IMG/VR virus record: IMGVR_UViG_3300028413_000003
Span: 168,465 to 232,464 of that record
DNA length: 64,000 bases
DNA from: a virus
Taxonomy: Duplodnaviria > Heunggongvirae > Uroviricota > Caudoviricetes
Direction: 5' to 3' (one strand)
Shown: piece after piece, positions 39,020 to 47,488 of the stretch
Numbering within the stretch: the stretch's first letter is position 1
Layout: each line of letters starts with the position of its first letter
The notes under the pieces: generated by a model
The model's database searches: none
The model's input: only the letters and a program-made list of their open reading frames with translations
What the model was told of the DNA's origin: nothing
Translations under genes and position numbers: made by a program

Positions 39020-42000
39020 TAGTAAATAAAGCCTCCGGTATTAGGTAATATGGTGCCAGTTGCACTTTGTATACCAGTATTTGTTTTAGAAGCAGAGGTT
39101 ACTACTGCTCCTTCTGATTTTAGGCGTTCTGCTGTGATCGAAGTGATAACCTCAACATCGTCAACAATTGCACTGCTTATAAAAATTTCATCTGATTCTA
39201 ATTTAATTTCAAACAGACTTCCAAACGAGCTTGATGCATCTCGTGGCACTATTACAATGCTGCTCAGGTCTGGTGATAAATCTTTCATGATAAAGGCGCT
39301 TAATTCACTCCAATAAAATGTTTCTCCAAAGTCCCAGTTGTCGAGTGCAAAGAAATTATTAATTGCACTTATAACACGAGACTTTAAGTCATTGTCGTTG
39401 ACAACTCTTGTTGAATTCTTTACAATTTTAAATACTGCCTGCATAATAGGTTCACTTTTATTTCCAAATAAAACTCTGTATTTTACTGGTTGATATATTA
39501 TTTCGTCACTGATACTTTTAACCTTGTTAATTTCGCTACCGTAGCTTCTAAACAACTGATCGCTGCTAGGCGGCATAGGACGGTCGGTTACTATATTATT
39601 TAAATATTGTCTAAATATAGTATCGTATTGTCTTGTGAGTATATATGTATCAATTATGTTTGTACTACTAGGATCAATTCTGGTATTTTCGTCAGTGGCG
39701 TGATTGTACTGAAACTTCAGCGCTTCTCTACCAGTGTACGATTTATAATCAAACAATGTGGTTAATAGTCTTGTTTGGCTGTTTAACTGTCTAAAGATAT
39801 TGTCGGCTGCAATGTAGTATATAGGATTGCCAATTGCTTGAGTGTTTACAAGGCTCGAATTGGAAACTGTTACAATGTTTTCGTCAGACGAATTAACATA
39901 TACTTCAAATTGGTTGTTGTTTATAACAACTTTCTTTGTAAAAATGTAGTTGTTCAAGTTGACGATTTGCTCAAAGATGTCAGGATCGTCTACTACGCCG
40001 TCATCATCGGAATCAAAGAACGTAACTTCGATTTTTTTACTGTCAACATATCCGCCTGCATCTCTGTATTCACCAGATACTTCCCATTCAAAATCTCGAG
40101 TAAATGCAGTAGTTCCAGGTGCTGTGTTTATGTCAGTGTTAATACTTAAAATAGAGATTTTATCTCTAATAATTTTTCCAGTTTTGCTGTCGTAGATTTT
40201 CTTGGCGCTGTCAAAATAAAATCTAACCTCGGTATCGCTTTCAAAGATATATCTAGTATTTCGATATGTAACGTCGTAAGTTGTACCATTTGTTTCAAAC
40301 AATACAATCCAACTACTATCGAGCTGTTGTCCAGAAGTGTCGCCTGCTAATCCTAGATTGAAGTCTTGTACAATATTTAAATTTTCTTGTGTTACAACTG
40401 CCCATGCTCTGTTGTTTCTATCATATCTAAGTCCAAAAGTTCTGTATGCAAATGCGTTGTCGATAATTTGTAATTTAACATTGTCTGTTAAATCTCTCAC
40501 AAACTTGGGTTTGATTTCGTTTAATATAGACCGATCTGGAATAACATCGTTGAACACAATTGGACCAAGCCCAGAGTTTAGTATTTCTGTTCCATTGGCT
40601 GATACACTTATAACTTTTGACCACATATAGGATTTTGTTCCAGGAGCAGTTAAATCAGTTGTTAGTTTTTCGTTGAGAAACGCTGATCCAACTGGAGGAA
40701 TAAACTTGACCATTGCACCGGGTTCAAAAAATCTAAGCGGACCTTCTGTAAAAGCACCAATAGCATAAATTATACCATTGTCGTCATTGATTAGTCCAGT
40801 TGACCGATTGGTAGATGATGTTATGCTATTCCAAGAAAGATTTGATTCATTGTAGTTTTGATTAAAGTATTTTGTTAGATAGAAATTCTTAACATTTTTG
40901 TTCTGAAGTATATTTGTAATTGTGTTTTCGACTTCGCTCTCAATGTCTGTTCGTGTACGGAATTTAAAAGTTGTCTTGCTTTCGATATTTTCCTTGTACA
41001 GAACACCGTCTGTGCCAAAGAGATTTGTGTTACTATACTTTCCGGTAGCATCAAGAATGTCATAATTTCGACTAATTCCGCTAGCAGTTCTGTTTACAGC
41101 TTTTACCTTGATTATATCTTGACTTATTCCAAGGGGCCCGACATTGTAATCTTCAGCAGTGATTAATCTATTTTGTGTGTAGTAAGTCGACGGTGCATTT
41201 GCTTTAATACTGTCAATAGTTTCGGTGCTAACAGCATTATTAACCGCTACTTTAAGATCAAGTGTAACAGTTAGGGTTTCGGGCTTGTTTGCATTGCTGA
41301 GATAAGGAATTCTAACAGTAACGTTTGTCATGTTAGGCGGAAGTATTGTATAATCGCTGTTTGAACTGATTCTGTAATACGACCTAAATTGTCCCTTTGG
41401 AAGATCGCCAAAAATGCCGTCTGCAAACACCAACGACACTCTATCACCAGTTCTTGTTAACACGCTGTAAATACTTCTAATTTTTTTATTCAAACTGTTA
41501 AATACTACATTGTTGCCTTCAACTGCGTCAACTTTATCCCACAGCTTACCTTCACGTCCGTTGCTGTCGAGCTTGTAAAGCCATACATCTGTTTGATTGA
41601 TGTTCTCGGCGTCTATGTCAACTTTCTGATTTGGCACAGCCGAGTCAATATTAAAGTCTCCTCTTTGCAGTGTACCTTGTCTAAATTGTGCAAAAAATCC
41701 AGTGGTGTTGCTGCCAGGGCCCTGGCCGTTGTCTCTGTACAAGAAGCTAAATTGGCTACCCGGCAGAGGCGCTTCCTCTGCAATTTCTCCGTTTACAATT
41801 CCAGTACTTACGATTTCAAAATCCAAAGTTCTGCTGTTAACAGGCTTGGAAAATGTAAACACAGATACATTGTTTGAAATATTATTCAACCGATATTGTT
41901 CGGTTGCAACTCCGGCAACGCTGTCAGATTTTACAGGCGTTCCAAAAGTATTTTGCACAGGAAGTCCGGCATTTAAAATCTTAGTAAATTGCTCAAACCA

Positions 42001-42453
42001 ATCTGGATTGGTTGTGTCATTCCAAACAACTGATCTATTTGAAAGGTTAAAACCGTTGCTGTCTATTACTTGTTCGGTTGTGCGAACGCTGGTAAATTTC
42101 AACAAGCCTTGTGCAGGACGGTTTCTTGTTGCGTTGTAACTCAAGAGATTTGCCAGGCGCAACACACTTTCTTTGCGCTCGGCTAATTCAATAAAATTTT
42201 CCCTGGCATTTAAATCAATGCGGAAACTGATATTTTGCCCAAGGAACGCAATCATATCAATTAGTGCAAGGTACTCACTGGATTCGATATAATCATTAAA
42301 ATCTTCTGGATAATTTTCACGAAGGTACTCTATCATTGTACGACGCAGATTGTCAAAGTCGTAACTTTTAAAATCAGCATACTTGAAACTCTGATAGATT
42401 GTTTTCCAATCTTCAGCTAATAGTAATCTATTTTGTCTGTCAGTGGATGACAT
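39019..42453 (-). CDS. gp6: Baseplate wedge subunit gp6-like
   Basis: DFDNLR..M..YL, F.D.IESS, ENF...A.R..SV..LA..L.Y, ETIDSIK.NAP..Y.TQNR.ITAEDY. Confidence 0.85.
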   Translation of the reverse strand: MSSTDRQNRLLLAEDWKTIYQSFKYADFKSYDFDNLRRTMIEYLRENYPEDFNDYIESSEYLALIDMIAFLGQNISFRIDLNARENFIELAERKESVLRLANLLSYNATRNRPAQGLLKFTSVRTTEQVIDSNGFNLSNRSVVWNDTTNPDWFEQFTKILNAGLPVQNTFGTPVKSDSVAGVATEQYRLNNISNNVSVFTFSKPVNSRTLDFEIVSTGIVNGEIAEEAPLPGSQFSFLYRDNGQGPGSNTTGFFAQFRQGTLQRGDFNIDSAVPNQKVDIDAENINQTDVWLYKLDSNGREGKLWDKVDAVEGNNVVFNSLNKKIRSIYSVLTRTGDRVSLVFADGIFGDLPKGQFRSYYRISSNSDYTILPPNMTNVTVRIPYLSNANKPETLTVTLDLKVAVNNAVSTETIDSIKANAPSTYYTQNRLITAEDYNVGPLGISQDIIKVKAVNRTASGISRNYDILDATGKYSNTNLFGTDGVLYKENIESKTTFKFRTRTDIESEVENTITNILQNKNVKNFYLTKYFNQNYNESNLSWNSITSSTNRSTGLINDDNGIIYAIGAFTEGPLRFFEPGAMVKFIPPVGSAFLNEKLTTDLTAPGTKSYMWSKVISVSANGTEILNSGLGPIVFNDVIPDRSILNEIKPKFVRDLTDNVKLQIIDNAFAYRTFGLRYDRNNRAWAVVTQENLNIVQDFNLGLAGDTSGQQLDSSWIVLFETNGTTYDVTYRNTRYIFESDTEVRFYFDSAKKIYDSKTGKIIRDKISILSINTDINTAPGTTAFTRDFEWEVSGEYRDAGGYVDSKKIEVTFFDSDDDGVVDDPDIFEQIVNLNNYIFTKKVVINNNQFEVYVNSSDENIVTVSNSSLVNTQAIGNPIYYIAADNIFRQLNSQTRLLTTLFDYKSYTGREALKFQYNHATDENTRIDPSSTNIIDTYILTRQYDTIFRQYLNNIVTDRPMPPSSDQLFRSYGSEINKVKSISDEIIYQPVKYRVLFGNKSEPIMQAVFKIVKNSTRVVNDNDLKSRVISAINNFFALDNWDFGETFYWSELSAFIMKDLSPDLSSIVIVPRDASSSFGSLFEIKLESDEIFISSAIVDDVEVITSITAERLKSEGAVVTSASKTNTGIQSATGTILPNTGGFIY

Positions 42454-42504
42454 ATTGCACTTCCTTAATTATATAATATTTATGATAATTTTAAAGTGCG
42501 TGTA

Positions 42505-42948
42505 TTAATTTAGACCGTTTCTTTGATCAAACGAAAACTTTAATTGTTCGCTAATACTGTACTCTAAATAGGTTAAATCGCATTCGATTTGAATACCATA
42601 TTCGTAACTATCAACTGTAACCCTGTCTGCTTTGACTCTTTTATCGTAGTTGATAATTTCTGTAACGTTTTGAATAATTGCGTCTCTTAACGAATCAGTA
42701 AGTGGTTCAAACAACACATCCCAAATAATTGTGCCAAACGCAGGATTTTCTAGTTTTTCTCCAAGTCTAATATGAAAATGGTTTATAAGATCTTGCTTGA
42801 TTAGTGCCAAGTCATAAAGTTTAAATTCTTTGCTTTCAGGATTAACCGTAGAAATTCCTCTGTAAGTTCCGGCAGAAACTTTTGGATTTTCTCTTTTAGG
42901 AGGAACCACTCTTAGATTTTTATATAAATTTTTCTCTAATGAACTCAT
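42505..42948 (-). CDS. gp25: Baseplate wedge subunit gp25-like
   Basis: IKQDLINH...R.GEK..NP.FG..IW..LFEP...I..YD.RV signature. Confidence 0.85.
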   Translation of the reverse strand: MSSLEKNLYKNLRVVPPKRENPKVSAGTYRGISTVNPESKEFKLYDLALIKQDLINHFHIRLGEKLENPAFGTIIWDVLFEPLTDSLRDAIIQNVTEIINYDKRVKADRVTVDSYEYGIQIECDLTYLEYSISEQLKFSFDQRNGLN

Positions 42949-42963
42949 ACTATATTTACCTCA

Positions 42964-43992
42964 TTACCTAGGAGCAGTGCGTGGACGAGTCGGGGCCGGT
43001 GATGTTGCACGATCTAATGCAGATTCAATACTTTCAATAAATTCAGCATCGGCAATAGTTTGAACAGTGATTGGTGCCGGCGGAGCAATTGGTCTAACAT
43101 CACCCGGGGCTGCGCCCCGATACCCTGGAGCGATCGAAGTGTCATTTATAGATGATACTGCCCATTGTCGTCTAACATGGGTTACTCTAAAAAGAGGATT
43201 GCTTACACTGTACGGCATTGTTGTTATTTTAACAGTGTCGGCTTGGTCGCCACCGACTATTTCCATTGTACGTTCAGCAGGATTAAAACTTTTAATAAAT
43301 CCAACATGTTGAATATTTACATTACTGGTAAACACAACAATATCCCACTTTTGTACATATTCTAAATCTCGCGGACCGTGGAATCTAACAGGAATGCCGT
43401 AACTGGAAAATGAACTTGGTGCCATGGTTCTAAGTCCGGAAAATCCCGACTTTACCAAAATCCATGTGGCAAATGCTGCGCCCCACGAAAATTGTCCAGT
43501 TCCGCCATCTTCAGTAAATCCTCGTCCGGCAAATCGATATGCTTCTAATATATTTGGATTTCCAGGGTCGGCATTTAGTGTTTTCCAGTCCATTCCAGTT
43601 AATGTTTTATTGATTACAAAATCAAGAGCTTCCCACGTTCCTGGAATAATTCCAGCACTTAGCATATCAGTGTCTGAACTCGGAGGGACTATATTAACTA
43701 TGGATGAACTTCCAAATGTGCCGCCACTGGATCCTTCGGATCCCAGAGACTGACTACCGTTGTTGGCAAGATCTGGAACAATAAAGTTGCCAGGGGCAGT
43801 AGTTGTATTGAATATCGAAGACAAAGATTCTGCTATTGATCCAATAGCAGATAACCCTGCTACTAATCCGACCGCGTTGGTTACACCGGATATAAAATCC
43901 GGTCCAGAATTATCAACTGCCGAACTGTCTGCATCTAGTAATGTGCTGTCTGTGCTGTCTTCCAGTGGTGTAATATCAGCCAACTGATACAC
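42964..43992 (-). CDS. TIGR02594/CHAP-NlpC-like baseplate-associated protein, catalytic Cys apparently lost
   Basis: NPNIL..Y, SWGAAFATW (cf. PWCAAFV.W), DIVVF...HVGF...GGDQ..V. Confidence 0.6.
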   Translation of the reverse strand: MYQLADITPLEDSTDSTLLDADSSAVDNSGPDFISGVTNAVGLVAGLSAIGSIAESLSSIFNTTTAPGNFIVPDLANNGSQSLGSEGSSGGTFGSSSIVNIVPPSSDTDMLSAGIIPGTWEALDFVINKTLTGMDWKTLNADPGNPNILEAYRFAGRGFTEDGGTGQFSWGAAFATWILVKSGFSGLRTMAPSSFSSYGIPVRFHGPRDLEYVQKWDIVVFTSNVNIQHVGFIKSFNPAERTMEIVGGDQADTVKITTMPYSVSNPLFRVTHVRRQWAVSSINDTSIAPGYRGAAPGDVRPIAPPAPITVQTIADAEFIESIESALDRATSPAPTRPRTAPR

Positions 43993-46900
43993 CCCTATTC
44001 AATGCAGCCATTACCCAACTATTGTTTCCGTTGCCGTATGTCCAAGACGTTATACGCCTATTCCATCCAGATGCGGTGTGGCCTCCAAGCATGTCGTAGT
44101 GATTGAGACCCGGTGCCATAGTGCTACCATTTCCGCCAATACCAACTCCGCGTCCGCCGTACCTTGCAAAGGCTGTTACAAATGCTTCCATTCTTGCTCT
44201 ATCAGCTTGATTGGTCGGGACTAGCGCGCGCAATTGATCTCCGTCTAAAACCATCAAATAGGCGTCGATTGCTAGTCCAGTATCATGTCTTTCTGTGCCG
44301 TATCGCCAACCGGGGCCGCTGCTTGTACTACCGGTTCGAGTTTCAAATCTTCCAGTTGATCTATTAAGTTTTAACCATACATCGTTAACCTCTCTTAGAT
44401 CTGCATCAGGACCTGATGCCCTACTTGGGAAGGTGCGCCAGTTTGACAGAGGCAATTGGGTCGAAGTGTTGATTCTTCTAAGACATTCATTTGCAAAGCT
44501 TGTTCCTTTGATTTCATAAATTCCACTATCTCGGGCTGCTCTGTTAAGTGCAGATCGAAACTCGGGGCGAAGGGGCCCTCGTCTAATGCCTGCAGAACCT
44601 GTAATGATATCTTGCGAATTTGATGTTGTTGTTAAGTCGATAGTATCCGATTCGTTTCGTGGGCGAGCATTTGCAGCAGGATCGCTGCCGTCTTCTGTAA
44701 GTGGAGAAGACGAGATTTCAAGCGGATCAAATATAGGGGCTGTTCCTCTTCCACTTACAACAGCTCTGTATACTTCTTGAGCAGAACTTGCTCGTAGTTC
44801 CTTTACACCCTGAGTGCGGCCGCCGCCGATTGAAATTTGCGGATTGTTTGATCTTAGATAATCGTCATTGAATATTTCTGCAACACGTCTTGCTTTTATT
44901 ACATTGCTGCCGGAATTTATTTGGTTAATTGATTCCAGGGTCCTAGATTCGTCGTTTTCCCATTCCCAAATTATAACCGAAAGCTGCTCTTCAAGAGTTG
45001 TGTTTGCAGGAACTACATACACAGGCGGAACCCAATCTAGCCTGGCAGTCGGCAGTCTATTGGATCTAATACGATATTCTGGCAAAAACGGATCAGTTAT
45101 GGGTTGTTGTAATAAAGATTTTCCTAAAAACTTTTCAACATTGGTTAATCTTCCATTTGTGCCGCCACCTCGCCATTGGCAAATTCCTCTTGCGCCATAC
45201 GAACTGCTGGTATTACCCGGAATTGGGTTACTACTCGATGGCAATTTGTCGTTTGGCGGTAAGTAGGCACCGACATTAATCTGTGTTCCCGATTCCCATA
45301 TCAGCGCACCTGCAATACCTGCGCCGACCCATGTTTCAAATCCGTTGGCTTCGAAGTATTCTACTACTCGGCTGACATTATTGTTGTACTGGTTAAAATT
45401 GTAGCCATCAAATGATTCTTCTTCTTGATCAGATTCCCCAAATCCCGGGTTAGGTGATTGACCAGTTGACTGGTAAGACACTGCTGACCCACTAGCATTG
45501 TTTCGTCCGATGTTTAAAAAAGTATCCGGCAGTGGCAAAATATACACTTCGGCGCCTGCGGAACCTGCTCGCACATTTGAAGCAGTTGGGTCCAAGTTTT
45601 CGTGCTGGAACCAAGGTTCGTGTTGAGGAACTCTTGCAGTAATGTCCGCTGCAGATGGCTCAGTTGGTGCTGGCCCATCTGTCTTTGATGCAGTTCCGGG
45701 AGGAACACTATCAGTCGCAGGTTCTGCGTCTCCGGGATCAGAAGCACTGTAGGTAGGTGCAACAGCCGCTGCTCCGCTTTTACTGTTATACTTGATAGCA
45801 TTAAACTCACCAGCAGGGGCTTCTACGTTGCTGGTTTTTATGGTTCCTGTTATCGAAGAGTTGCCCTCGAAGTCAATACTACCAGACGATACACTTAAAT
45901 TTGTGCTGCCAACTTCAAAATTGCCGCCAGATTTAAATGATATTCGGCCACCAGCAGATGATACAATTGCTGCGCTAGAAACTAGATCAATACTTCCTCC
46001 GCTAGCATAAAGGTTGCTGGCAGCATTTAAATGCACTGCTTCAGCAGAAACAACTCTCAGATTACTCGAATCATGTATTTCGGGTGCAATCATTGCAACT
46101 TGTGTGCCAGCAGTAACATCAAAGTTACTCGAAGCCGACACTCTTACTGATCCTCCATCGGCAATCAAATTAACGTCTGATCCGCTGTTTATTTCAACAT
46201 TTGATCCTCCCGAAACGTTGACTGATGCTGCACCCGAAGTAAGTGCCAAATCGCTGCTGCTTTTGAGAGACATATAATCACCTGCAAGCGCAGAGAACTC
46301 TGAACTTGCCTGAAATGCAACTCTGCCAGTTGCAATTGAATCAAGGTTTCTGCCCGTGTTCCTAATATCACCGACTGCGTTTATGTTTACATTTCCTCCA
46401 GATGTTAAATTAATATTAGAATCTGCTGTTACGTTGAATTCTCCTTCGGTGTGCATACTAATACTGTCCTGCGCATAAACATCAATTTTACCGTTTGAGG
46501 TAAGTTCAATCCATGTTGTGCCGCGTGCGTTTGCAATATAAATTAAATCTTCGGTATTGTGCAACAGTATCTGGTGCCCGGTTCTTGTTCTCAATCTAAT
46601 TAATTCATTCGCTGGGCGAGTTTCGGCGCCAGGTGGTAGTGTGCTACTATCGGTTTCTCTTTCAATATACACAGGAGGACCTTCGTTAGCTGGTTGACTC
46701 CTTAATAATTTGTCGTCGCCATCATCCATAACAATGCTGGATCCGCCCAATCGGCTTCTAGGAACGTTTGCAGATGCATCAAGAGGTCCGCGAGTTGCTC
46801 TAGGAGCGCCCGGGCGTTTGTCAAGAGGGCCAGGTGTGTTTATACCAAACACCGAACTAGGAATTTCTCGACGAGCAGACGAGCTTGTCAACCCTCTGAA

Positions 46901-47479
46901 ATCGTCTTCTAACAGTCCTTCTTCGGTTAAACTGTTGACAAAGTCTGTGTTAACCGGCTTAACATAGTTTGTGGGCTGGTTGTTTCCTGCTAGAGGAATC
47001 AGGCGTTTGTTGTATTCACCAACTGGCAATTTTCTTCCAGTTGCTCCGCCGCTGCCACTAGTAGATAAGGTAGTTGCTGCACGGCCATCGGGCACCATAA
47101 AGTTCATGTAGTCATCGGGCACACAAGCAAACCAATAACAAATATCTCGTCTGCCTTCAACAAATGTCACCAGCACCTTTGTGTCAGGATCCGGTGGCAC
47201 AAACCACATTCCGTAACTTTGCTGTGTGCTAGAATAATCGTCGTTTGATCCTGTGGATTTCCAGCTAGTTGACCCATAAAATGGGCTTGCATAAAACGCA
47301 GTAACTAGTCTGTCAGTGTTGTCGTATGCTGTTCCAGAAGAATTTATTTTTAAAATTTGAACTTGTAAAGAACCCATAAATTTATTATCAAGATGACTAA
47401 CAACTTTTGCCAGATATGGTCCCGAATCCGGCAACAGAATTGCAGAATCAATTGGTCTTGTGTTTTCGTTATTACTCAT
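43976..47479 (-). CDS. gp5: Baseplate hub central spike gp5-like with C-terminal peptidoglycan-hydrolase domains
   Basis: OB-fold (D....G.LQV, GMWFVPPD....VLVTF..G), RTRTGHQI..., beta-helix repeats, RVPQHEPW..HE, GIAGALIWESG...GICQW (phage tail lysozyme), RHDTGLAID (M15-like). Confidence 0.8.
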   Translation of the reverse strand: MSNNENTRPIDSAILLPDSGPYLAKVVSHLDNKFMGSLQVQILKINSSGTAYDNTDRLVTAFYASPFYGSTSWKSTGSNDDYSSTQQSYGMWFVPPDPDTKVLVTFVEGRRDICYWFACVPDDYMNFMVPDGRAATTLSTSGSGGATGRKLPVGEYNKRLIPLAGNNQPTNYVKPVNTDFVNSLTEEGLLEDDFRGLTSSSARREIPSSVFGINTPGPLDKRPGAPRATRGPLDASANVPRSRLGGSSIVMDDGDDKLLRSQPANEGPPVYIERETDSSTLPPGAETRPANELIRLRTRTGHQILLHNTEDLIYIANARGTTWIELTSNGKIDVYAQDSISMHTEGEFNVTADSNINLTSGGNVNINAVGDIRNTGRNLDSIATGRVAFQASSEFSALAGDYMSLKSSSDLALTSGAASVNVSGGSNVEINSGSDVNLIADGGSVRVSASSNFDVTAGTQVAMIAPEIHDSSNLRVVSAEAVHLNAASNLYASGGSIDLVSSAAIVSSAGGRISFKSGGNFEVGSTNLSVSSGSIDFEGNSSITGTIKTSNVEAPAGEFNAIKYNSKSGAAAVAPTYSASDPGDAEPATDSVPPGTASKTDGPAPTEPSAADITARVPQHEPWFQHENLDPTASNVRAGSAGAEVYILPLPDTFLNIGRNNASGSAVSYQSTGQSPNPGFGESDQEEESFDGYNFNQYNNNVSRVVEYFEANGFETWVGAGIAGALIWESGTQINVGAYLPPNDKLPSSSNPIPGNTSSSYGARGICQWRGGGTNGRLTNVEKFLGKSLLQQPITDPFLPEYRIRSNRLPTARLDWVPPVYVVPANTTLEEQLSVIIWEWENDESRTLESINQINSGSNVIKARRVAEIFNDDYLRSNNPQISIGGGRTQGVKELRASSAQEVYRAVVSGRGTAPIFDPLEISSSPLTEDGSDPAANARPRNESDTIDLTTTSNSQDIITGSAGIRRGPLRPEFRSALNRAARDSGIYEIKGTSFANECLRRINTSTQLPLSNWRTFPSRASGPDADLREVNDVWLKLNRSTGRFETRTGSTSSGPGWRYGTERHDTGLAIDAYLMVLDGDQLRALVPTNQADRARMEAFVTAFARYGGRGVGIGGNGSTMAPGLNHYDMLGGHTASGWNRRITSWTYGNGNNSWVMAALNRGVSVG

Positions 47480-47488
47480 CTTTGTTCC

